From the NCBI RefSeq assembly GCF_009914755.1, contig NC_060932.1: DNA of 64,000 bases, one strand, 5' to 3'. The number at the start of each line of letters is the position of its first letter. The stretch's first letter is position 1. The notes below the pieces were generated by a model that worked only from the letters and a program-made list of their open reading frames with translations, was not told the origin of the DNA and ran no database searches. The stretch comes from the human T2T-CHM13v2.0 reference genome, Homo sapiens. The translations under genes and the position numbers were made by a program. Positions 24,041-37,876 of the stretch are shown piece by piece.

Positions 24041-27000
24041 TTTTTAATCTCTCTTATATTATACTTCTTCAATTAAAAATATGCCAATTCAAGTTTTGTA
24101 ACACTGAGCAATGACTGCTTCTGGAATTTTGTTGAAAAAAGCTCTGCAGCCCCATTCTCTAGTGAAACAATAATAATTGGTAAAAATTATACACAAAACA
24201 TTTTAATATCTAGAAGTTTTCCTGGGACATGCTACAAATTAAGAAATGTTTAATCATAAAAATCTTCTAAGAAGAGTAGATTTGTAGATTGGTAAAACAC
24301 AGTGAGTCTGTGGCACTTAAGCCCTGATCTGACCCTTTTTGTCTCCTTCTGCATATCAGGCTCCCGATGACAGAAGCTTTACTCTGAGAAGATATGGCCA
24401 AGGAGGGAGCACTTCCATGCTCCTAGTCAAGGGCTATGGTATCTCCCTAGGAGGAACAAGACACTGGCATTTCTCATTCTCCCCATCTCCATGTTGCAGA
24501 GGTTAAATTTTAGATGACTGCATCTGAGAGGTCAATGAATCTTTATGTAGCCCCCACTGGTGGGGCAGAAGATCTATCCCAAATATAGCAGGCTGACCAT
24601 AGGGGAGTCCTTATTACATTCACTCCAGTTTGCTTGTAGGGAGAAGAGTCCACATGGGGAGAAGCAAATGGGAAAGACAAGAGGCTACTTTCCTTGATCA
24701 GTGCCCCACTAATAAAGCAAAGATGTCATTCTGAGAGAACAGACCGCTGCCTCCACCCTCAGTTCTGGAGTAGTCACTCAGAGATTTTTCCCAGGAAGAG
24801 AGGTAGGCCATAATACAGAGAGCTCCAAAGATTTCCCATAAGGGAATTAAAGTTCAAGTCAAAGTCACCTTAAAAATAATGGAGATTTTGGTGGTAAGCG
24901 ATTAAAGGGGGCTAGTAGCCCGATGAAAGCAACAAGCTAAAAGTCATCTAGTTTACCAGAGAGAACTACAAAAAAAAGAAAGCTATGAGGAGCTCTTCTA
25001 AGGTCAGAATAAACCTCAAAGATTGGCTTCAAAAGTATTCCTGCAAAGGCACTCAAATTAAATTGAATTGTGGGGGTGCTTATTCTCCAGGTCATTGTCA
25101 AAAATAATAGCGCAATTAGCTGGCAATTAGTGCAACCTAGTATCTGGAGGTGAACAAGGAATGGGAAGTTTAGGAGAGCCCTGGTAAAACAACTGTCATT
25201 TTAGGGTTACTTTGCACATGCCCACCACTGCACTCCCTGAAGTGTGACATCAGTGGCTTCCCACTGTGGGGAAAATAGACTTACTAAAATAGTCCAGGAT
25301 AGTAAACAAACAAATAAACAAGAAAAAACAATAAAAAGCCCTGGAAATGTGGGAGTAACAGTACATAGAGTTGTTATGGTATAGTACCAAAAATTATAAG
25401 ACAGCCAAAGAAATAGAAAAGTGTGACTCGTACACAGACACAAAAGACCACAAAAATTGCCTGGGAGAGGGTCCAGATGAGACTTCACAAAGTCTTCAAA
25501 TAAGTTATTATCAATATGTTCAAAGAACTAAAAGAAAACATGCTTAAAGAAGTAAAGTATGATGACAGTGTCTCAGGAAATAAGGAATACCAATAAAGAG
25601 GAAGAAATATAGAAAGAACCAAAAAGACATTATGGAGTTGATAAGTAACATGACTAAAATTTAAAAATTCCTTAGAGGGATTCACCAGTAGATTTAAACT
25701 GGCAAAAAAAAAAAAATCAACTAACTTGAAGATAAAGTTGTACAAATTCTGCAATTTGAAAAAAAGAGAAAAAAGGATTTAAAAAATGAACACCAACGTA
25801 TGAGTCATGGGAATGTAATATGGGGAGGAGAGAGACAGAAAGGAGCACAAAGATATTTTCAAAAGTAATTTTTGAAAGCCCCAAATAGGAAGAAAAATTT
25901 TATCTACATTCAATAATCTCAATGAACTTAGAATTAGAATAAACATAAAGATATCTACACCCAGAAATATCATAGTAAAAGCATTAAAAGACAAAAAGAA
26001 ACATTTGAAAGCAACAAAAGAAAAAGTATCACATACAAAGGAACCCTGTACAATGAACAGAAACAATGAAATCCAGAAGGCAGCAGTGGGATGACATATT
26101 CAAAGTGCTGGAAGGATCAACCAATAATCTATTTTCTAAAATGAAGTTGAAATAAAGACTTGCCCACATAAACAAAAACTGAGATCATTCATTGCTAGTC
26201 TACTCATTACAAGAAATGTTAAAGGAAATGCTTCAGACTAAAAGCAAGTAATACCAGGTAGTAACTCAAATCCATACCAAAACAAACCAAGAGCAATGAG
26301 AAAGCTAATTATTTAATGATTAAAGATATATAAATGAATATTTCTTCTTCCTTCTTCCCCTAGTTGATTCTAAAAGCAATTTCATGAAATAATATGTAAG
26401 TAATTGCATCACTGGTCCTATAACATATAGTAATGTAGTATATTTGGCCATATAACACAGAGGAGGTAAATGGAAGAAAAGCTGCACTGAAATAAGAAAA
26501 TGATACCAGAAAATAATTTTAATCCATAGGAACAAATGGAGGTAACAGAAACATTAAATAAGAAGGCCAATATGACAAACTTCTCTCTATAGATAGATGG
26601 AGAGATAAATAGATATGTGTTTACATATACTCTTTCTTCATTATTCAGCACCTTCATAAAATTATTTAAAATAATTATTATAAAAATGTTTTGCTGGATT
26701 TATAACAAATATGCATGTTTTATATATATAACAATAAAAGCAAAAAGTGAGAAGAGTGAACAGAGCCATGTAGAAGTAACATCTTCATAGCTCACTGAAA
26801 TTAAGTTAGTACAAATCTGAAGTAAATTTTATATGTTACGATGTACATGGTAAGTCCTAGAGCAACCATTAAGACAATAACCCCTCCCAAAAAATGTTTA
26901 AAAAGTCATTATCATAATTGAAATATTGCACTAAAAATATTAAACCAAAAGAAAGCAGTAAGGAAGAAATAGAAAAATAAAAATGAAACAACATATAGGG

Positions 27001-28268
27001 TACAAAAGGAAACCAGAAAAGAAGACATAAAACTGAATATATTAATAGTAACATTAAAAGTGAATGGATTAAACAATACAATCAAAAGCAGAAGTTGTTA
27101 GACTGCATAAACCAAAAAAGAACATCCAACTATATGCTATCTACAGGAGACATATTTTAGATTCTAAGGTAAAAATAGGTTGAATAAAAAAAGGCAAAAC
27201 ATGTATTATGCAAACAGCAACTATAAGAAAGCTGAAGTGGCTATGCTAATATGCGACAAAATAGACTTTAAAACAAAAATATTACTGAGAAGCATGGTAT
27301 TTTATAAAGTATCAATCCAAGAAGATATAACAATTATAAATATATGTGTACCTAATAACTGCGCCCCAAACACATGAAACAAAAGCTAACATAACTGAAA
27401 GGAGAAATAGACACTTTACCAATAATAGCTGAGGGCATCAATACCCTACTTTTAATTATGAATAGAAAAACTAGGCAGAATACACATTCCTCTCAATAGC
27501 ACAAGAAGAATTTCCAAAACAAAACATACACTAGTCATGAAACAAGCCTAAGTAAATTCAAAATAATTGAAATCAAGCAAAATATGTGTTCTGACCACAA
27601 GGAAATACAATCATAAATCAATATCAAAAATAAATTTAAAAAATAAAGTTGTAGAAATTAAGTAATAATCTATTCAGCAACCAATTAGTCAAAGAATAAA
27701 TCACAAACGAAATTTTTAAAATAATTTGATATTAATTAAAGTAAAGACACAATATACCAAAACTTATGGGATTCAGTGAAAGCAGTGCTGAGGGAAAATA
27801 TTTATAGCTAAGTTCCCATATTAAAAAGAAGAAAGATCTCGAATTGATAACATAACTTTTCACCTTAAAACACTGAAAAAGCAAGCTGAAAACAAGCAGA
27901 AGAGAAGACATTATGAAGATTAGAGTGTAAATTAATAAACTACAGAATAGAAAAACAATAAAGAAAATAAGTGAAACCATAAGTTGATTCTTTGAAAAAA
28001 AAATCAACAAAATTGACAAATCTTATTTGGAATTACCAAGAAAAAAATATAAAAGACTCAGATTACTAAAAACAGGTATGAGAGAGGGGACATCATTACT
28101 GACATTACAGAAATACAAGAATTAGAAGGGAATACTATTAATAGTTACATGCCAACAAATTGGTTAATTTTGATTAAATGAACAAGTTCCTGGAAAGACA
28201 CAAGTACTGAAACTGACTCAAGAAGAAATAAGAAATCTAAATAAATCTTTAATAAGTAAAAAGATTAA

Positions 28269-28802
28269 TGTGTTGGGAATCCCCGAGACCACGCTGAGGA
28301 TGGGTAATTTGCTAGGAGGATTCACAATACTCAGCATGTAATTATATTCATGGCTATGACTTTTACAGTGAAAGAATAGTAAGCACAGTCAACAAAGAAA
28401 AAGGTGCATGGGGCTAAGTCCAAGGAAAAAAAGTACAAACTTCTAAGGATCATTTCTCACTGAAGTCACACAGGACATGCTTATTTCCCCAGCAATAAGT
28501 TGTGACAGTATGTGTGAAATGTTGCCAGCTATGAAGGCTCATGAAAGACTCAGCATCTAGGCGTTAGTCATGTAGGCAGCCTCTGCCGAGCATGTACCAA
28601 AATTCCAGACTACTAGAAGAAAAACAGGTGTTCGGCATAAATCACATTGTTTGTACAAACGTTAAAGCACAGTGAGCCACTCCTATCAATTCTGAAATGG
28701 TGGGAATCCTTCCAAAATCCTAGTTCTCAGACACCAGCCAACTGTGAGCCAGGTTTCCTAAGAATCTTAGTCAGGCCAGCTATATTAACTTTTTTCTGCA
28801 CA
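28269..28802 (-). mobile_element. MER21-family solo LTR nested in L1
   Basis: Reverse complement starts TGTGCAGAAAAAAGTTAATATAGCTGGCCTGA, matching the recalled MER21 5' end. Confidence 0.8.
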
Positions 28803-29042
28803 ATTATAAATTTTAAAACTTTCAACAGAGCAATGCCAAGGCCCAGGATTTTTTTTTTTTTTCTGAAGTCTAGCAAACATTTACAAAAGCGTTGCTGTCG
28901 AATTTTTCCAAACTCTTCCAAAAAAATAAAGAAGAGGAAACAAGTCACAACTCATTATATGAGGCTAGTATTACCCTGATTCCAAACATCACAAGAACTG
29001 AAAACTACCAACTAATTATCAAATAAATATACATGAAAAAAT

Positions 29043-29669
29043 CAACTTATTCTTGTTATTCACAGAAGTTATGCTTTATAAAGTCTCTGAGTACATTGAA
29101 TTAGTGAGTACCGAACCATTGCCCCTAGAGGAAATACAGGAGTCAATTCCCATGAGCTCTGGATTACAACATTTATATCAACTGATCAATACATAGCCTT
29201 TGTTTTATATGTGTTTCTGTTTAAGGGCACCTAATTCAAATATATTATTGATGCATTAACATTGAACTCATGGCTCACAGCACCAAAACACATTCTTGAA
29301 CAAAGTTTATTAACTTGGTATTTTCTACATAAGGCACATCACAGCCTAGAGAGCCCTTCAGAAGTAATCTTGGGGGGTCATTTTTAATAGCAAAATCACC
29401 AAACAAGGCACAAAACACACAAAAAAATGAGGCAGTAAATAGAACTCAAAAAGAAATTTGTTTGCAGTATGAGTGCTGAAACAAGAAGGCAGAGCAGTGC
29501 ATTTTCAGATTTCAGCTGGGAATGTGCACATTGGGCAACTCAAATTTCTTACCGTGTGTGGCCACGAATGACCACAAGAGTGGTCCAAGTATTGATTTGG
29601 GGATTATAAGCATATTTTGGCAAGTAGGTGAATTTACAAATACAAAAACTGAATAATGAAAATTGGCTG
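29043..29669 (+). mobile_element. MER82 (TcMar-Tigger) nested in L1
   Basis: attcttgttattcacagaagttatg...gaaccattgcccctagaggaaatacagg, with an inverted end gaataatgaaaattggctg. Confidence 0.85.
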
Positions 29670-30339
29670 TGCTAGCAAGCAGATTTTCACAACATATAGA
29701 AAAGATTATACAATATTACCAAGTGGGATTTATCTCAAAAACTCGATTTGGTTTCACATCCAAAAATCAATTAAATAATACACCATATCAACATAAAAAT
29801 GAAAAAAACAGATAATCTTAATAGTTCAGAAAAAAATCTGACAAAATCCAATATCCATTCATAATAAAGACATTCAACACTGTAGAAATAGAAGGAAACT
29901 TTCTCAACTAATCAAAGGCATTTAGGAAAAACTAACATGATAGCTAATGGTGAATGTTTGAATCATTTCACCTAAGGTCAGCAATAGGTGAAGTGTGTCT
30001 TCTCTCACCACATTCATTCAACATTGTACTGGAATTTCCAATTCAGGACAATTAAGCAAGAAAATAAAATAAATGGCATCCAAATTGAACAGGAAGAAGT
30101 AAGATTAACTATTTTTACAGATGACACAATCTTATATATAGAAAGTTCTATGAAATCAACTAAAAATACTTTAATGAATAAATGAGTTCAGCATATTTTA
30201 AGAGTTCAAATCAATATATAAAAGTCAATTGTATTTCTATACACTGGCAATGAACAATCTAAAAATGAAAATTAAGATAAACAGTTCTACTTCTAATAGC
30301 ATCACAAGGAATAAAACATTTAGAAATAGAATTAACAAA

Positions 30340-30597
30340 GTTGGATAGAAAAATAAGTTGTAATGTTCAGTAGCAGAGTAGGGTGACTATAGTTAATAAC
30401 AATTTATTGTGTATTTCAGAATAGCTAGAAGAGTTGAAATGTTCCCAACACATACAAATGATAAAAACTTAAGGTGATGGTTACCCCAAGTACTCTGACT
30501 TGACCATTACAAAGTCTACGTATGTAATAAAATATCACATGGACCCATAAGAATGCACAGGTATTTGTACCAATGAAAAATAAAAACAAATAAATAA
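30340..30597 (+). mobile_element. L1MA 3'-end fragment nested in the older L1
   Basis: agggtgactatagttaataacaatttattgtgtatttcagaatagctagaag...A-rich tail, interrupting ORF2. Confidence 0.85.
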
Positions 30598-32321
30598 GGA
30601 CAAAACTTGTACTCTGAAAACTACAAACATGTTGAAAAAATTAAAAAAGACTGAAATAAATTCAGTGACATCCTTAGTTGATGGATTGAAAGACTTAATA
30701 TTGGTAAAATGGCAATACACTTTAAATTGATCTAAAGATTGATTCAATACAAGCACCTAAAAATCTAAGCAATATTTTTTCCATAAATTGGCAAGCTGAT
30801 TTTATAACTTATATAAACATTCAAGGTACCCAAAATAGGTAAAAAAAAATGTTGAAATGGATTAAAAATTATTGAAATACTCATACGACCCAATTTCAAC
30901 ACTTACTAGAAAGTTGTAGTTATCATAACAGTGTAGTACTGGAATGAGGATAGACATAAGGATCGATGAAATAAAATTGTGAGTCTAAAAATAATCTCTC
31001 ACATTAACAATTTTGGACAAAAGTATGAAAGCAATTCAATTGTGAAAGAGTAGTCTTTTTGGAAAATGCTATTGGGACAATTGGATATCAATATGCATAA
31101 TAATGAAGTTAGACCACTTTTTCACATTATATACAACTTTTAACTCAAAATGGGTCATAAGCCTCAATGTAAGAGATGAAACTATACAATTATAGGAAGA
31201 AAATATGAGTAATCTTTGTTAATCAGGGTTAGACAAAACTCTCTTAGATATGACACCAAAAGCAAAAGCAAGAAAAGAAAAAGTAGATAACTTGGTTTCA
31301 TCAAAATTAAACACACTTGTGTTTCAAAGGATATTATCAGAAAAATAAAAAGATAGCCCATTGAATGGGAAAAATATTTGCACACATATATATGATAAGG
31401 AATTTGTATCCATATATATGTATACATATATATATCTTTTAAAACTCAATATTAAAGCAATAAATAACACAATTTTAAAATAGGCCAAATATTTGAATTG
31501 ATATTTTTCAAAAGAAGACATACAAATGGCCAATAAGCATATTAAAAGATGTCCAATAACAGTCATTAAGGAAATACAGATCAAAACCACAATGAGATAC
31601 CAATTCAGACACACGAAAGTGGCTAAAACCAAATAGATTATAACAAAGGTCAGCAAGGGTTTGGAAAAATTAGAACCCTCACACACTGCTGACTGGAATG
31701 TATAAAGATACATCCAACTTTGGAAAACAGGCTGGCAGTCATTTAAAATTTTAAATATACAGTTATGGTATCAAGGAACAATTAAACTCCAAGGTGTATA
31801 CCAAGGGAAATGAAAACCTATATTCATACAAAAACTATACACAAATATTTATAGCAGCATTATTGATGATACCCAAAAAATGAAAATGATCCAAACGTCT
31901 ATCAACTGATGAGTGGGTAAATAACATATGGTATATCCATACAATGGAATATTACTTAAAAATAAAAAAAAGAATGTATTGACTGGGCCACAAGATATAT
32001 GAACATTGAAAACATTATGCAAGTAAAGGAAGTGAGTCACAGAAGACCTCCATGTTATATAATTTCATTTCTGTTAAATGTCCAGGGTATACAAATCTAT
32101 ACAGACAGAGAGATCTGTGATTGCCTAGGGCTAGAGTGTTAAGAGAGAAGTGAGGAGTTACTGCTAACAGGTACAAGGGTTTATTTTAGGGGTTATGAAA
32201 ATTTTCTAAAACTAATTTTGGTGATAACTGCAAAACTCTGCAAATACACTAAAAACCAATGAATTGTACACATTAAATGAGTTAAGTACATGAAGTGTAA
32301 AGTATGTCTCAAGAAAACTGC

Positions 32322-32627
32322 TTTTTGTTGTTGTTGTTTGTTTTTTGAGACAGAGTCTCACTCTGTCACCCAAGCTGGAGTACAGTGGCATGATCTCAGC
32401 TCACTGCAACCTCCACCTCCAGGTTCAAGTGATTCTCCTGTCTCAATCTCCCGAGTAGCTGGGATTACAGGTGCCCATCACCACGCCCGGCTAATTTTTG
32501 TATTTTTAGTAGAGATGGGGTTTCACCATGTTGGCCAGGCTGGTCTCAAACTCCTGACCTCAGGAGATCCGCCCGCCTCGGCCACCCAAAGTGCTAGGAT
32601 TACAGGCGTGAGCCACCATGCCCAGCC
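32322..32627 (-). mobile_element. AluS, full length
   Basis: Antisense dimeric Alu with a (TTG)n tail. Confidence 0.95.
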
Positions 32628-32933
32628 AAAACACTATTTTTATATATTATAAAAATCACATTTTCTTATTTATTTATGTCAAAGTGTGACGATATCTAGT
32701 ACTAGCATGTATTTTAATGCTGTCTTCTAGTTCATGCCCTTGATACCTCCTATATAGATTACTACAAGTAATCTACCACAGAAACTGTTTCCAGTTTCAA
32801 AGATCCATCTGGTGCAATATTAATTTTATTAAAATGCCATTTTTATTAAATCACTCCATTGCCTAGAATCAATGTCTCTAATCTCTTCAGTTGACCATTT
32901 AAAACCTGTAATCAACCGGCCCATTTCACCCAT

Positions 32934-33386
32934 TGTGTTAGGCAGAATAACAGCTTTTCAAGGATGCTCACATGGTAATTCTCCAGCCCTTCAAATATAT
33001 TACTTTACATGGCAGAAGAGACTGCAGATGTGAATAAATTAAATTCCTCAGATGGAGAGATTATCCTGGATTATCCAGCTGGGCCTAATATAATCACAGG
33101 GGTTCTGCTAAGAGAAAGAGGGATGCAGGAGGGTTGGAGTCAGAGAAGGGAGGTGAGGGAAGAAGCCAAGATCAAAGTGATATGGAGCCATGATCTAAGG
33201 AATGTGGGCAGCCTGTACAAGCTGGAAGAGGCAAAGAAACAGGTTCTCCCCCATAAGTTTCAGAAGAAATGTAGCCCTGGTGATCCAATTTTGACTTCTG
33301 ACACCCAGAACTATAAAATAATAAATGTATGGTTTTAAGCTACTAAGTTTGTGGCAGTTTGTTATAGCTATGATGGGAAACATGCA
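32934..33386 (+). mobile_element. MLT1C/D MaLR solo LTR
   Basis: tgtgttaggcagaataac...gagattatcctggattatcc...ttttaagctactaagtttgtggcagtttgttatagc; TSD cccat/tccat. Confidence 0.85.
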
Positions 33387-36003
33387 TCCATGCATCCTTC
33401 TTACTAAGATTCCTCTGCTCCAGTCAATTTTGTCTCCTTCCACATCCCTGTCTTGAAAAATCCTTCTCCACTCACTTGAAAATGGCATGCCTCCCCTCAC
33501 TGCCAACACAAGATCTACCTAAATAGTTACATCCTCAAGAAGTGTTCTCCCAGTAATCACACGTTTGTGAGGTTTTATTTCTGACCAAATATTTCTTCAG
33601 AATGTACTTATGTCATCTACAAATTGCCAGCATATGCCTGACCTAAGGATGATCATCTGGTTATAAATACACCTGGGCATTCTACACTCCTGTTCCACTC
33701 CCACTTCCTACCCCCACTGCATTAGTATTCTATTGCTTTATAACCATACTTTCATCCAGATTTTCTCCCCTTTCTTCATCTTTTTCTTCTTGGAGTGTTA
33801 CACCAGCATTGACCCATTTGCCCAACCCAGAAACATAGAAGTCATCTTACATTCCTCCTTTCCCTTATTCCTCTATGCAACCTGTCATGAAATTACAACA
33901 ACTCTACTTTTATTATATCTCCCCACTCTGTCCTGCTTTCATACCCTCTTGGCCACTACTCAACTTCTTGACCCTCCTCTGCGCTGGTCTCATTTTTTTC
34001 TGTATATTCTCCCTGGGTTATTTTCCTGCAGGTAATCTCTTACACATCTTAAAACCCTTTAATATTTCTTCTTAGGGTTGATAAAGACCACATGCCTTTA
34101 GGCAGAAAGCTACTTGTAATAGGCTCATGTAATATTCTGGGAATTGCTGAAATTATCTATGAAGATAGATCATAAATATTAAAAATACCTTTTCTTTAAT
34201 TTAATAAAGAATCAACAAATTTTCAATAATGTGTTATTTATGCCCAATGTCTGCCAGAATTTTTTCAACCTCATCTCAAGCTGCCTTAGATATAAATTGA
34301 AAAAAGTTAGTCTACAAAAGTCTACTTTAACAAATCTCAGATACTACCAGGAATTTTTCCAACATCTTATAACCAAATTAAAAGGCCACCCTAGGCTATT
34401 TTACAGTATTCAAACTTCTGAAATAGTAAGGACACAGGAATGGTACACGCTTCCTTAGAAAATGGATAGAAATACAGTAAAAGTTGAGCAGAGTCAATAA
34501 AAATTTTGCTGCCTCACAATGTCCAAGTTATCTGTCTGCACATGTTTAAAATCCACAAGATTTTTGTCTGTTAAGTATCGTTAGATATGTTTTGTCTGCT
34601 TCATACATTTAATATATTAGAATGAAAGGCTTTCATAAAATTCCAAACTTTAGGATGGAATTATTATTGCCATTATCATTATTTTAGAGAAAAGTAGATT
34701 GTGATGAGAAAGGAAAGGTTGAGATAACATATAAAAAATAAAATATAGCAAGAAAGAAATAATTCTTCTAAATTACATAAACTATGTGTAAATATACTGG
34801 GAATAGGCTAACTGCATTTCAAGGGTCAGCACTGAACCTGTTTTACTACATGAAGGGCTGTTTATGACAATCAATATTGCCACTCATTTTTAATGATCTT
34901 TTATGTCCTCTGTGCCTCACATTAAATGCATCAACATGTTTGATTTTTAATTTAGCCTTGTTAAAGTAATTTAGTTCAACCTTCACTGAGGAAACGGTGT
35001 TATTTGCAATGACAGTGGATGCTATTCAGCTTCTTAGGGCAAATGGACTGTCAGCCTTATTGTCAAGTATCAAATTGACATAGTCATGAAGCTAGTGAAG
35101 AGGGGAATGTTGGTCCCCAACTTTTAACAGTATTGGGTAAGAGGGACTTACTGCTTTTTAGTTTATTTTTTATTTTCAATTCATCACCTATTTTCAATCC
35201 TGTGAAAGTTTTCATTGTTCTCCTCATCACTTACGGGAGAAATCTAAGTCAATTTTCATCCTTCTCTCTCCCACATCACCTATCCCAAATTGTGTCCATC
35301 CACGTTTCATATCTAACCCAATGCCCTTATCCTAATTCAAACTTTTGCCATTTTACAACTGCGTAGTTTCAGTAGTACTGTAATTGATTTCCTCACCTTT
35401 ATTACTATGTAAGCAAAGCCGCCAAATAGACTACTACTGTGTTAAACTTTAGAAAGCCTAATTTCTAATCATGTATCCTGAAAACTTTTAGTGTCTTACA
35501 TGACCTAAACCTAATGTCTAGAATTCTTTGCCTAGTAGTTATGCTTTTTTCATTAACTTCCTAAGTGTGTTGGTTTCCCTTACAGTTATTGACATTCCTT
35601 TTACCCAGGCTAGTCTCTCCCATTCTCTTCATGTCATTCCTTTAACCAGAATGTTCCCTGCCTTCATTGTAACTGTCAACTCTCAGCCATCACAGGGCAA
35701 ATTTCCAAGACCGCTCCTCACTCTGTCTTCCACTGGCCATGTCAGTTCATTTGAAACCCAATGGCAGTCCTGTTTCTGTACCCCCAATTTGGTCCTTGTA
35801 TATATTTCCTTGGGTTATTAATTACATTTGAACTATTTCATGGCAAGGTCTTTACTTTTTCCTAAGCTATGTACATTAGGCACTTGGGAATTCCTGATTA
35901 TATTTGTCATTTAATTCCCATTGGCTATTGATAATAGGATACACAGAAGAAAATGGGATATACAGAAGAAAATAATTCCCTATTCTGGAAGAATAAATTC
36001 TCA

Positions 36004-36112
36004 ATGCTGGAAAAATCAATCCATATTTCCATATGCTGGAAAAATCAATCCATATTTCCATATGCTGGAAAAATCAATCCATATTTCCATATGGTGGAAA
36101 AATCAATCCATA
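36004..36112. repeat. 29-bp tandem repeat, 3 perfect copies plus 1 degenerate
   Basis: ATGCTGGAAAAATCAATCCATATTTCCAT at 36004, 36033 and 36062, with a variant at 36091. Confidence 0.93.
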
Positions 36113-36369
36113 GGGAAAATAATTCCTTGTGCTGGAAGAATCAGTCCATATTTTCTAGTAACTAAAAGGACAAAGTGCTTTGTGTGTATGTGTGTGTACA
36201 TCATTCTATAAAGCATATTTATTTTAATTCTATATTATTAGTTAATTACTAGAATTAATTTTATATTAATATTAATTAAAAATTATTTTAATTTTATAAA
36301 GTCAATTTAAAACTTTAATTTCAAACACTTCTAAATATTGCTAAACTTTATAAAAATTGGAGATTATTT

Positions 36370-36600
36370 GTTTATTGTCTATCACTCCTCTTCCAAATAA
36401 AATAGAAGTATTCACAAGAGTAGAGAAATTGATTCTCTCCTTTACCACTATAACCTTAGCTTCTAAAATAGAATCCAGCATCTAGTAAATATTAAATAAA
36501 TACCTGTTTAATGAATGAATGTATTCCAAGTACTTAGCAAAAGTGCATGGTGTTTAGTGCAAAATCAATAAATATTGGTTAAATGAGTAAAATAATAAAT
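36370..36600 (+). mobile_element. L2 3' end(s)
   Basis: aaataaatacctgtttaatgaatgaatg terminus. Confidence 0.6.
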
Positions 36601-36952
36601 TTCAAACTTTTAGCAACAGCATAGTAGGGCCAATATTAGAAATATGTAGGAATATTTTGAATATCATTTTAGAAACCTCTTAGCACTATTACTGTAAAAT
36701 TTGGCATTTACCATTTGACTCAAAACACTGCTTCTTAGGAAACAAACACGCAAGCATCATAAAGGCATGTGAAGACACAAGTCTGGGACTCACTCCAGAA
36801 ATCCCAGGATAATGTGGCTGGCCATTATGTTTATCAGGCCAACTCCATCTGGATGGGGTTCAAAGTAATCAGCTGAGTTGAAAGAGAGGAAAACAAGAGA
36901 AAGTGAGAACAGTCTTAGGTAGTCAATGCAGGAGATTCAGAGAACAAGGGAG

Positions 36953-37876
36953 CAGGAAGGACCTAATATATCATTTGGGGGGCTGAGTAACAAATAAAAA
37001 CAGAGGACTCCTTGTTCAAAAAGCAGGATTAAAGTGCCATTAAAGGTACTAAAATATAAAACATTCCTTTTTGTGCAGTCTTTCACTTGATCTATCGTGG
37101 TGCATTTTACTCGCTGTTTAACGTGGCACTCTCTTGACATGGCAATACTTGCCAAAATAGTGCAGATGTTCACAGGCACCTGAGGACTCCACCTGCAACT
37201 CGGCACACAAGTGGCCAACCACTGCTAGGAACCCTTCCTGGCTGCCACCTGACAGATGCACTGGACCTGACTGAAGCTGGGAAGGGAATCTCCCTTTGCC
37301 ATGCTCACCACCCAACACAGAGTGGGCAGGTGTCCCTCTCAAAGATGGAAACCTCCATGCCTGGACACAGTAAGTTCCTGGCCCGTGGGGGTGTTCTCGG
37401 ACCCAGGGAAATGGCAGCAGCAATGCCCAGGCTGATCCTTGCCCTGGGACACAGCTGAGCAAACACTACTGACCCAACCAACCCAGTGGGTGTCCTAGCC
37501 TGGCCCCTGGAGGAAGTCAAATGGGGAATGGAGAAATAAGAATCTCAACCCCATGGCCACCCCACACAGAGGGCATCATCAGTCTTGGGGCAGGGGCAAA
37601 AGTGGGGATGCTGGCTGGGGCTTGGGGTACCAGGGAGCAGAAAGCAGGGAACTGGGGGCTGGCCAGGGAAGCCATCCCAAAGATGCATGTGAGCCAGGTT
37701 CGAAGCCCTTAACCCATGCTCCATTGTCAATGACATTGACATCAAATGTCACAAAGTATAAATTCAAAGACAAAATCCTGAAGAATTTCAAGATTGGAGG
37801 GCAGAGCACTAAACTCCAAGAGTGGGACCCTTTTTTGTGTCACTGTACTGGTCTGAGGCCCATGAAACCAGCCCAA
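36953..37876 (-). mobile_element. MER45-family hAT-Tip100 DNA element (MER45B-like)
   Basis: Right end reverse-complements to gggctggtttcatgggc. Internal aaattcaaagacaaaatcctgaagaatttcaaga and a GC-rich body. Confidence 0.8.

Larger units (their letters stand above)
24110..32320 (+). mobile_element. Near full-length ancient L1 (L1MB7/8-type 3' end) with nested insertions
   Basis: Collinear 5' UTR, ORF1 (about 25450-26250), ORF2 from about 27040 (aaagtgaatggattaaac...tatgctatctacaggagaca) and an L1MB-type 3' UTR (ttgcctagggctag...gtatgtctcaagaaaactg). Confidence 0.85.
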
